Origin: Octopus bimaculoides
Taxonomy: Eukaryota
NCBI RefSeq assembly: GCF_001194135.2
Contig: NC_068991.1
Coordinates: 40,577,068-40,641,067 of the forward strand
Reading direction: 5' to 3'
Length of the DNA: 64,000 nucleotides
A model generated the notes under the pieces. That model was given only the letters and a program-made list of their open reading frames with translations, did not search any database and had not been told where the DNA came from. Each line of letters starts with the position of its first letter. The stretch's first letter is position 1. Below, piece by piece: positions 24,401 to 37,195 of the stretch. The position numbers were made by a program, and so were the translations under genes.

Positions 24401-27400
24401 CACCATCTTCTTAATGACGTCAACAACATTTCTATGTACACAGCTCAACCAGCAACTAGCACAGGTTCCAACATAGCACTGTTCATGAATTACTTCATTA
24501 TGGTTAACAGCAAATATATAACCTGCGAAAACTCCTGTACAATTAACCCAAGCAGCATCATTACAGCCACAACTTCGTATGGCACATACCACAACTGGCT
24601 CTGCATCAACGCCACAGCTTCTTGATACAGTATTTCTATTATCGTGTACAATTAACTATGAACTGGTATTTCTAATTCTTGTGTCTACGAACATTCGTTT
24701 AACTTCTCATTATAGACTCTCTCACTGTTTCTTCCTCATTGTTATTCTTATATGTACTTAACGCACATGCATACATCCATGTCTATACACTTAGTTCTCA
24801 TGACAGCCTGTCTATTATTCTGTATACATGACGCACACACAGACACACAGGTTAACATATCAAATAAAACTTCTCTCAAGCATTCTATCCGGTTGTGTCT
24901 CTCTCTTTGCCCACTGGCATATATGCATTATTACAGCCTTCTGAACAGAGTTGTTATTAGATGGTTTCACCACCTGAGACCACGACCTTTCAATAATGCT
25001 AAACCCAACATTCTAAATCACCATTCCTTCTAAAATGGTGACCCAACATAGAACATGGACCACCGACCATCTAAAGTATTGTTGCAATATATATACATAA
25101 TGTGAAGATGCATGGTCTAGTGGTTAAGGTGTTGCATTCATGATTGTAAGATCATGGTTTTAATTCCCAGGTCAGGCAATGTGTTGTGTTCTTGAGCAAA
25201 ACACTTCATTTCACATCGGTCCTGTCCACTCAGCAGTAAATGAGTTCCAGCAATAGCTGGGAAGTTAACTCTGCAAAGAAATGGTATCCCATTCAGTGGA
25301 GAATGATGTAATCTTTATTGCATATATCCCATGGAAACCACATTAAGCTCCAGCTTTACAAGTCTTAGGATTCAGCCTCATTGAGGAGATGACAAAAAAC
25401 TGAGACTTATGGCAGTTTGTTGTGCTTGAGAAGCTAAGTAAAACTGTGGCCATCCATGCATACAGGCAAGTCCTTTACAACCTGTGCCAGCACAATGTAA
25501 AAAGCACCCATGCTGGTGCCACATAAGAAGCACTTAGTCATGTAAAATGCACTTGTGCCAGTGCCACATAATAAGCACTTGTGCTGATGCTACATAAATA
25601 GCACTCATGCCAGCACCATGTAAGAAGCAGTTATGTCAGCACCAAGTGTAAAGAGCACATATCGGCGCCATGTAAGAGTACCCATGCTGGTGCTATGCGA
25701 AAGCGTCCAGCGGACTCTGTAAAGTGGTTGTCATTAGAAAGGGGATCCAGCCATAGAAACCTTATCAAAACAGACAAATCATGTCTGGGCAGCTCTCCAA
25801 TTGGCCAGCTCCTGTCAAACCGTCCAACCCATGCCAGCATGGAAAACTGACATTAAATGATGATGATGATATATTACTAGCTTGCAGTGAATGTTTTTGT
25901 TAAATCAAAAGTTGATTGTATTCTGTAATTGGATTATTTCAGATTGCTGTGCTTGTGTTGGCAGCTGGGGTAAAAGGGGAACCTCAGGAAGAATTCATGA
26001 AGGCAGCACTCTCATTGAATGTGCAGTCACAATTAGAGATAATGAGCATTTTAAAGCAAGCCTTAACTCTTCCTTTATATAATCTTCAACTAGATAATCT
26101 CTTCACCCATAAACATTGTGAGTAATTTTTATGTCTTTTTCATTTTTGGCTCAATTTCCATCTATAAATATATTTTCCATCATATCATTTCCTCACATAG
26201 ATTTTGCCCACTTATCTGCTATGGTGGAAAGGGCATGGACTTAGAAAGGATTTCTATGACTGTATAATAAGAAAAGATAATGAAGATTTGTAGATATCTA
26301 ATTCCCAACAGATTTATCAGTTTCATTAAGCTTCTATATTGCTAAGTTTTTTGACGAACACTTCATAAAACATGAAAATGTATGTGAATAATCATGGCAT
26401 AATCATTAGCAATACAATTTTAGGAGAGTGGGTTATATATCATTAGATATACACCTAACTTTCCTACATTAAATTAGAAGTGAACTGAACACAGAAACTC
26501 CAAACTGATCAACAACAACAAATATTTATTGTACGGTGGAAAATAAAACAGCTTCCAATTGTCCGGTTTTAGAGTAGCCTGAAATGTAGATATACGGTTC
26601 CTCGAGCTGGTGTCGTTGTAGAGACAACTTGGTTCAACCACACTCAAATGGGAGAGCTTGCTTAGACGTCTTGCTTGGTCGCTGTCAGGCTTGGTAAAGA
26701 GGCAGACTCATAGCGGGAACGCTTCGATGTTGAAACCCACGCATGCGTGGTTAAGGATTCAGCAATGGCGCCTATGCCTTTTGGTGCCAATATGACGTCA
26801 CTACACAATTATTTTGTGTGAATTCTTACTGCAAGCACTAGGAATTAAGAAACTATATGTGCTCATTGGAACCTCAAAGCAGTCTCTTACTCTACTTAAA
26901 ATAACAACTATATCTCCTTCAAATCCAGCCAACTGCCTAAAAAAAAACAAAAAAGAAAGAACACTAATAATGTAGTTCAAGACACATTATACTTAACAAA
27001 ACAGATTGATCTTGGCTGCAATATGAGGATGGGCTGAAAAGTTCATTGGCTGACTATGAAGGAGTGATGCTAGAGCAGTGAGATCTTGCATACATTAATT
27101 TCAACTCTCCTTATTAATAACTGTATTGTTTCTTTTCAGGTAAACTGACATCTCACTATTCAAAGAAGACTTCAGAAGTAACTAGTAGTGACTTTTCTTA
27201 AAAATCAGCAAAATTTGGCACCATCATGTTATCAAGTACCTGCAGAAAAAGGCGTTTAGCCCCAAGGAGATTCATACTGACATGGTTGCTACATTAGGGG
27301 ACGACACTCCAGCTTTATCCACAATGCAAAAGTGGGCAGCTGAATTTAGGAGGGAAACAGGGAGTCTTGAAAATGACCCAAGGTTTGGTTGTCCTGTAAC

Positions 27401-29721
27401 TATCACCACCAAGGAAAACATTGTTCATGTTCACTACATGGTGATTACCCCATGAGAGGGTTGAGAATGTTCTGCACAATGAACTTGGCATATTGAAAGT
27501 TTCTGTTTGGTGAGTGCCACGTCTTCTGACACCTGCTCAAAAGTGCACCAGGCTGATGACATCACAAGAAAATCTGAGACATTGTTTGAGGCAGATCCAG
27601 CTGGTTTCCACAAACATTTCCTAACCCAGGATGAGTGTTGTGTTCATGACTTTGAACCAGAGACAATGTATTCAGTGGAAACACCTCTCCTGCTCCAAAG
27701 AAAGCCAAGGTTGTTCCACCTGCAGGGTAGGTGATGGCCTCAGTGTTTTGGGATGCAAAAGGCATTGTGTTTATTGTCTATTTTCAAAAGAGTCAATAGA
27801 GAGTACTCTGCCAATTTGCCAAAGAAGTTATGAAAGGTTATCAAGACCAAATGTCCAGGAAAACTGCAGAAAGGATCTGGTTTCCTCAGGACAATGCTCC
27901 AGCATTGATTTCAATGGTTCCTGTGCATGACTGTGGCTTTGAACTGGCTGATCACCCTCCCTATTCTTCTGAATTGGTGCCATCTGAGTATCATCTGTTC
28001 CCCAACATGAAAAATCACTTGGCCGGAAACCAGTATCGCAGTGATGATGACATCATATCTACTGTTGATAACTCTTTTGAGCAACTGGATGAAAGCTACT
28101 TCACCAAAGGGATCCATGCACTGCAGCACTGATGGAAGAAGGGTGTGGAGTGCAAGGGGAGCTATGTTGAAAGATAAATCTCATTTGGTCACATTCCATG
28201 AGAGTATCTTGGTCAGCCTATGAACTTTTCAGCTGACCCTTGTACCTGATTATAGATCTGACTGATCAGTACTGAGCCAAGGCTAAACTACAACTTCTAT
28301 CAAAAATGTAATTTTATTAATTTTATACCAAAAGCAAATCTCTATGGGCAAAAACTATTCTTGTGTTCTTGACCAACATTGTGCATACTTAAATCTGATG
28401 ACTTTTATTTGAAATAAAAACTATCTATTGGTGATATAGAGTTACTTCATTACATCTTATGATTTCTATATTAATCTGTCATTTTACAATTTTCCAGTGG
28501 AAATCTTTGACTCAGAGAATAATGAACATTCAGGTCAGTTTATTGCTTATATTAGAATCTAATTATATCATCATCATCATCATTTAACTTCCATTATCCA
28601 TGCTGGCATGGGTTGGACGGTTTAACTAGGGCTGGTAAGCTGAGGGGCTGCACCAGACTCCAGTCTAATTTGGCATGGTTTCTATGGTTGGATGCCCTTC
28701 CTAACACCAACCACTCTGATGTGTAATGGGTGCTTTTCATGTGCCACCAGCATGGGTGCTAGTTACATGACACCTGCATCAACCACAACTACAATTTCAC
28801 TTGGCTTGATGGGTCTTCTAAAGCATGGCATATCTCCAGAGGTCTCAGTCATTAGTCATTGCCTCCATAAGGCCCAACGTTCAAAGATCATGCTTCACCA
28901 GCTTGTCCCATGTTTTCTTGGGTCTACCTCTTCCACAGGTTCCCTCCACAGTTAGAGATCAGCACTTCTTTATACAGCTATCCTCGTCCACACGTATTAC
29001 ATGACCATATCAGTACAGTCATCTCTTGCACATCACATCTGATGCCTCTTATGCCCAACTTTTTTCTCAAGATGCTCACACTCTATCATACATGCACACT
29101 AACATTGCACATCCAGTGAAGATGCTAGCTTCATTTCTTACAAGCCTACACATGTCCTCAGCAATCACAGCCCATGTTTCACTGCCATGTAGCATAGCTG
29201 TAAATACACAGGCATCATACAATCTGCCTTTCACTCTGAGTGAGAGGCCCTTTGTTGCCAAGAGGTAGAAGCTCTTTGGACTTTACCCAGTTTATTTCTG
29301 TGAAATATTAGAAAACTTTTGAACTGTTATTTGTCATGATTTATTAACAAATCAAAGGACAACTTGGAAAATTCTTGAAACATGTGCCACTACTGGGCAA
29401 GATGATGTCCATGGAAGAAAATTCTAATCTCAACTTGCACAGTCACAATATGGAAAATTATAACCATACTGCGATAATCAATGTGTACTCTTAATAATAA
29501 CCAAGTCAATATAGGAAATTATCGCTGAACTGTTATAATTATGATGAATGTATGGTCCCATAATAACTTTTTAAATCAGGTGAGAACTGAAAATAAAGCA
29601 AATTTGTTTGTCCCATCTTTCATGGTATGAAAATGTCATGTAAATGGAATGGCCAACTATGACAGAAAAGAAGAGTGTGATTGACGTGAAACATAGGGAA
29701 ATAAAAACTGATGAGGCTAAC

Positions 29722-29759
<38 letters not shown>

Positions 29760-32700
29760 TGATGAGATGGGATGATGAGATAGAAAACAGGATTGAGAGG
29801 AATGATAACATACTATACTGAAAACCTGTCCGACACCAAATAACAGTTGCTAAAATGTTAAAATGATGATTATGATGAAGTATAAATACTATATTTATGT
29901 GTGTGTATATACAAGAAAATAAGTTTTCTTTTTTTTTCACATTTTATGTAGGCACAGGCATGGCTGTGTGATAAGAGGCTTGTTTCCTAATCATGTGGTT
30001 TTGGGTTCAGATCTACTGTGCAGCACCTTGGGCAATTGTCTTCCACTATAGCCCCAGGCCAACCAAAGCATTGTGACTGAGTCTGGTGGATGGAAACTGA
30101 AAGAAGCCTGTTATATATATATATATACGTTTGTGTATCTTTATGTTTGCTCACCACTAACACTTGACAATTGGTGTTGGCTTGTTTATGTCCCCATAAC
30201 TTAGCAATTCAGCAAAAACAGACTGATATGATATAGGCTTAAAAATAAGCATTGGGGTTGATTTATTCAACTAAACCCTTCAAGGTAGTGACCCAGCAAA
30301 ACCACAGTCCTAAGACTGAAACAATTAAATGATATAAAAGATATATTAGTTGACACATAAAGAAAAGAAAAGAATTGAAAATGCACTTAGAGTCTTTAAG
30401 AAAATTCATTTATATTTTCTCAAACTCCATCTCACACTACTATTGAAAATCATGGTATTGTAAAACCAGATATGCAAATGTAAGTAAATCTTCTTAACTA
30501 TCTCAGACCTGGGCTTCTGTGTCCAGTCATTTAAGCGAAGTCATTTTGAGTAAAGTTAAAATTACAAGCATTTTGAGTGCTGCCTATTAAGCAATGTCAA
30601 TTTGAGTGAAGTTGATAAAAATAAAAATTTAATAGAAATTTACAAATTTTTTTGTATGAATAATTACGCCTTCACAACATATAAATAAAGAATTATTAAA
30701 AATTAACACATTTTATTGTAGAATGAACTAAAAATTCACAACATTTAAAATTAAAAAAATTAATTCTAGAAAGAATAAAAATTCAAAAAGTAACATTGTA
30801 GACAAGGTGACTAAGATAATCTGTAATTTCTAAATCTTTTGATTCAATAATGCTTTTAATTCTTCTTTCTAAATTCACATATTTCCTCTTCTTTAGTGCA
30901 GGTTCTCTTGAATAAATTCCAAAATATTCCATCTTTTTTAGGCTCTCTTCCCTTCTTAAAGCCTCTATTAAGAGCAAAACTGTTAGGTGACTACAAGATA
31001 GACTGCCTTGGAAAGCAGTGTGCCATCCTTCTATGGCATTATTTGTTTGTGGGAGATCCATCTGAAGCCTTCTAAAAATGTTCCACAATAATATTGGAAA
31101 TTTAGATTTTCTTCTACGGTTGTTTGCCAATGGGTGGCCAATATAATTATCTTCAAAATAATCGAAAATAATGTCAAGTTCTTCATCATAATTTTCCAAT
31201 TCACGTTTGGCTTGAAACCCTGCTATGACATCATCTGTAGGGAGAAATGCTAATCATTTTGATTAGCATTCAAACATTTTCTTCATTAACATATCTTTCT
31301 CTTAAAGCTTCATCGGTAATCTTTCTCCATATACTCTGTCCCAAATGGAAGAAACATCCTGCTTGAGTGTAGAAATGTGAGTGTTATTGCATTTCTTGTA
31401 GCAATTTCAAAGTCTATTAAGATGGAGACAGGATCTAGCAAAAGCTCTATTTCTTTCAGTATAGTGAATATTGCTGTGTAACTTACCTCACATTTATTCT
31501 TAAGTAAAGCATATATACAAAGTATTACACTTTCCTTTATCAATGCATGCATTGTAAAAATTGGTAGGAAAATACTTGGAGTCATTTTGAAAGTTCTGTC
31601 AGCTAACCATTGATGATTGATTCTCAGCCTGGTAAAACTTTCATTAGTACAAAAAATTATTATTCTTTTCTCATCACTTATACCACTGTCATTGAGAATA
31701 AAATTATCACCCATGAAAGTAGACCACAAGGATTCCAGAATAATGATAGATGCAGCTAATTGAGGGGGTGGAGGGTAATTCCCCATAGTGCTTTGCCTCC
31801 TAGATACGGTATGTTTTAATTTTGTTCCCAATTTGATCTTTGCTGCAAGTTTGTTTTGTAGACCAGCAATGGCATCTTGGAGTATGTATCTCAATGGATC
31901 ATGCATTGTTACAGCAGCTTTGCAGACTTTCTTCAACTTTTTCCTCACTGACTTTAACAGGTTCAGGAGCATGCGAGTATTCTCATTTCCCAGTGCAATT
32001 TCTATCCTTTTCGTATTCCAAAGAGGTATTCAACTGTCCTTTGCAACCTTTCATTACGCCATGTAATTGTGGTTTGAGTAGCTTTATCCTTTTTATAGAT
32101 GAAACCATTATAGGCTATTTTGTTTTTGCCATGATTCAAAACAATAATGTCCATGATAAGTTAGCTACAGATGCTTCTAATAAAATTTGAATAACTGATT
32201 TTTAAAAAAAATCAAGGTCATTTAAATTAATACCCATCAATTGCTGATGTCGGTTGCAATATATGTAATAGTATATATTTCGCTTAAAACTAACCTTTGC
32301 TGAAAGTACTGTTCACTCATAATGTTTCACTTAAAAATGACTTTGCTAAAAATTAACTTTGTACAAAATGACTTCGCTAAAAATTATCTTTGCTAAAAGT
32401 GAACGGAACCATCTAACTTTACCCTCCACCTGGTTTCCTGAGCAAAAGAAAGTAAATAGGTGCATATACAGCTCAAGAGTAATGATTGCAAAAAAGCTAA
32501 TGGACAGAATCACAAAAAAATTCAGGCAAACAACAATAATAAGCCTATCTCTCAAAAACCATGTTTTTTCATTGCAGGCTAACTAATGGACTGAATCACA
32601 AAAAGAAAAACTCAGAAGAATAACAATAATAAGCCTATCTCTCTACTATTGTATTTGTTCGCCCTAATCTCTATACTTTCCTCATCACTTTCACTAGTTT

Positions 32701-35700
32701 GATTGTCCAAATCTCCCTCATTGTCTGTGTAAGGATAAACTCTTTGTCCAATGAATAAATAACATCAATAATTTCCTCAATTGCAAGGAGTCTAGGCCTT
32801 GCTCATTTACCAGACAAATGCTGGGTTCATCACATATTTGTTTTGTTGCAAAAACCTGTTTTTTTCTTTTATTGAAAATAAAAGAAAAAAAACCTGTTTT
32901 TTCTTTTATTGAAAATAAAAGTAAACAGCAGCTATGGAGGATACCAATGAGTCATAAACACTCAATTACAAAGTTGCAATGTGATCAGTTGTCTGTTTTT
33001 AGTGTTTTGTCTTCTTTTTCTCTGTGTGTGTTGTTCATTACCACTTTACTGAGAATCCAGTAGAGGTTTCATTTATTTTATTCCTGCTTTTCAACTATTT
33101 TTCGTCATATATAAATAAATATATTTATTTGATTTTGAAGATTCACCTCAGTACTGCTTCAACTTTCTCACTTATGTGCATTTATTCAAGCATATAAATG
33201 AGATTCAGATTAATACTTAGAGAATCATCAGCTTCAAATGAATAAACTCTCCCACCTATATTGAGTACATTTTCCACTATTTGTACAACAAACCCTTCTC
33301 TGTCTTTATATATGTATAAATATATATATGTGTATGATGAGTATATAGGGATAAATTATCCAGGTGGATACTGTAAGAGCTCTCAGGTATAGTCCAGGTT
33401 CTGGCTAGTCAAAACAAGTAGTAAGAAGCATCAAGGATTGTTTAGGGGGAGCAATCCCACTGTAATTATTCTGATGGGTAAATCAAGGTTCACTTTGCTG
33501 GATTATGAATTTTTTCATAGAATTACAAAGAATACAGTAACTGGTACATCTTCAAACTTTTCTGTTAATTTAACAGTTAATTGTACAGCGTAATTAGTTA
33601 GTTAAACTAACTATCAATCTCTTGTACCAAACTGCTAAGCTACAAAGACATAAACCAACACCAGTTGTATAGCAGTGGTGGAGGACAAATACATACACAC
33701 ACACACACGCATATATATGTATATATTGAGTCATCCCATAAATAATGCAGTTTTTTCATTTGTATGAACTAAAAGTTGGAGAGGGATGGGATAAACTACC
33801 TGTATCAACTTGCTATAAAAGCAAGCAGTAATTTTACATTGTTCTTATTCTTAATGTAAGTATTGAAGAGTGCAGTTCGATTTTAACAGTTATTTTTTCA
33901 AAACTATAATGAAAGTGACAAAGAAGCATATTTTGCTTTATAAGTTCAATAATGGCAACAATGCACCAGAAAGTGTGAGGAATATTAATGCAGTATATGG
34001 AGGTCGGACAATAAGCGTAAGCCAGTTTCAACAGTGATTCCAGAAATTCTGAGCTGAAAACTACAGCCTAGAAGATGAGCCTCATCCTGGAAGATCTGTA
34101 CAGCTCGACGAAGACGTCCTGCAAACGCTGGTAGAACAAAATCCCATCATAACTATTGAGGAACTAGCAGAGAAGCTTGGATTTGGTCGATCAACCGTTC
34201 ATTGACAACTGTGTGCCATTGGAAAAGTCAGCAAATTGGGTTAGTGGGTTCCTCACAAACTTTCCAAGTCTAATCATATGCAGAGAGTGAATGTGTTCTC
34301 TTCTTTGGTGTCACGTCTCATGAATGAACCTTTTTTGGACCAAACAGTGACTGGTGATGAGAAATGGATTCTCTATAAAAATGTCAAGCACTGAAAACAG
34401 TGGATGGGGAAAGGAGAAACACCAGCACCCCTGGCTAAAGGTCTTCACCCATGTAAGGTGTTGTTATCTGTTTGGTGGGATATGAAAGGTTTAGTCCACT
34501 TTGAACTTTTAAACCCAAATCAAACGATAGCAAAGGAGATCTACTGCAAGCAGCTTGAGAAGCTTAAGTGAGTGCTAGAAGAAAAATAACCATCTTTGGT
34601 TTCAAGACGAAAGGTGTTCTTCCATCAGGATAATGCTCGGCCACATACAGCGAGGATGATATTCCAAAGGCTGGAGCAGTTTGAAAGGGAAACGATGCCC
34701 CACCCACCATATTTGCCGGACATTGCCCCATCTGATTATCATATATTTCACAGTCTTCAAAATCATTTGGATGGAAAAGACATGAATTCTGAAGACAAGT
34801 TCAGAACAGTACTGGAGGAGTATTTTTCCTCATGGACAAGTAAATTTTAGAAGAGGGACCTTGCAAGTCTACCAGATAGATGGAAGAGCATTGTAGCAAA
34901 TGAAGGAGAGTCTACTTTAGATTAAAAAAGAACTTTGTTTATCTTATTTTGTTTTTGGATTTGGTTTGCAAGATTCTTTATGTGAGTTCATGTGTTGAAG
35001 CATATTCTGTTGTGTCTGGAGAGAGTCATTTTCTTTTTGTGCCTTATAATTTAACACACTCACTGGTAAAATTATAAGGCACAAAAAAGAAAATGACTCT
35101 CCCCAGACACAACAGAATTTGTTTATCTTAATTTTGAAAAATAAAAAAAGTATTAAAAAACTGCATTATTTACGGGATGAAGAATGAATAGAAATGGCTT
35201 TTCTGATAATTTTTCCACTTTAATAATTAGTTGTTTCTAAGTTTACAAATGTGACTCTGATGGTCCCATGTTCTTGTGTGTGTATTTGTGTACATATGTA
35301 TATGTACACCTCTCTCTATATGTGCTTATGTAAAGGTATATGTATATATGTGTGTGTTGGTGTTTGTATATGTGTATGCTTATAATTAAACACTCCCTAT
35401 TTAAGCAGTATATAAACTCTAAATTATCAGTTTGAAGACTGTTTTTAAGCAAGAAACTCCCATCAGTGTCATTTATAAACATCTAATTATTAAAGTGGAA
35501 AACTATCAGAAAATTTATTTCTATTAATTTTTTCAAATATATAATACTGTACCAAGGACATTTTGTTTCTTATTCTACTATACACGCACGCACGCGTGCA
35601 TCCATAATCACACAATGGACTTCCAGAACCATGTGATTTGGAAGCAAACTTCTGACCACACAGTCATGTCTACACTTATATTTTATGTATATCTGTAAAT

Positions 35701-37163
35701 TGTTTTTCATCTACCTTCTATTGTAGAGATGTCTTACCATGACACTTCATGGTCATCAGACAAAAGTGCCATTCATGCAAACTATGTAAGTCTTTCAGTA
35801 ATTCTAATTATTTTTGTTTATTCTTTTTTTGTATACATTCATTGAAAATGTTTCTATAATAAAGATTATTTTTAAATGCACTTTAAAAAATTTTATTGTT
35901 AATTGTTATATTAGGGATATGAATGTTGTGTATGTATGTAGATATATTGACATTCACTAGACTATAAAGATACATTAGAAGACTTCTATAGTCACATGGA
36001 AAATATCTTTTCAATCTATGCTTAGAATATGAGTTGAGCACTAGTAAACTGCAAAATACTCATCAAGCTTAGCCTCTACTTCTTTTTTTTATTGCTGTTT
36101 TTGCAGATTCCCATGCTTCTCTGTCACCATCCAAATCCATTATTATGAATTTGAACTAGGAGCTTGAGTCATAGTGAATCTTTCATTAGCTGATTACACA
36201 ACCATTGTCACTGCCCCTATGGATCTATTACAGTTAATCTCTTGATAGAGCTTGGTGGTCCTGACCACTGATTTTCAAGGATTCTTGCACACAGCGTCAT
36301 TGTAAGAAGCACTGTCAGCTCAGTTGGGCTTTTCCAGTACCTCTTGACAATTCACCATGTTGCAGTCCTATGACTTTGCCAAATCCCTGGCAGGGTGGCT
36401 AAATAGGTGTTACGCCTTGTTAAAGAGCAGCCCGTAACTATGCAGGGATCAGTCACTACTCTCTGAAGTATTTCAAAATGTCAGCATTAGCCACCTCTAC
36501 TTACAACCGACAATTTTATACATCCCATGACACCAATTAGAAACTAGAGGTAGAAGGCCTTTATGAGTTAAGTACCTTGATCGGGGTTACAGAACAGCAT
36601 CATTAATGAAATAGGACTTGTCAACTGATTGACTGAGGCTGTCTAGACTCCAATTGTCTGTTGTATCATGGTTTCAATGGCTAGATGCCCTTTCTAATGC
36701 CAACCACTTAAAAAGTGTGCTGGGTGCTTTCTATGTGCCACCAACATGAGTGTGTTGATGCAGCACTGGCCTGTTTAAGTGGCACTGGCACCTGAAAGGA
36801 CAAGCCTATATGTGTGGAAGACAGCAATTTTACTTAGCTTGACACATCTTATCAAGTACAGCAAATCACCACATCTCCCAGTCCCTTGTCATTTCCTGTG
36901 ACATCCAGTGTCCGAAGATCCTTTCTCACCACTTCATCCCATGTCTTTCTGGGTCTACCTCTTCCACAGGTACCCTCTACAATTTGAACTAGGCACTTCT
37001 TTACGCAGCTGTCCTCATCTATACTCATGACATGACCAAACCAGCACAGTCTCCCCTTGTGCACATGACATCTGAAGCCTCTTATCCCCAGTTTTCCTCT
37101 TAAATCATTTACACTTTGTCATGCATGCACATTGACATTGCCCATCTACTGGAGCATACTAGC

Positions 37164-37195
<32 letters not shown>

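Noticed and set aside
24263-24625. env-like or secreted ORFs inside the long LTR
   Set aside because: Short, overlapping on both strands, no recognisable motif.
32498-32915. Small tandem duplications (~56 bp at 32498-32643, ~36 bp at 32850-32920; also 48100-48140 and 59386-59490)
   Set aside because: Ordinary local slippage with no additional structure.
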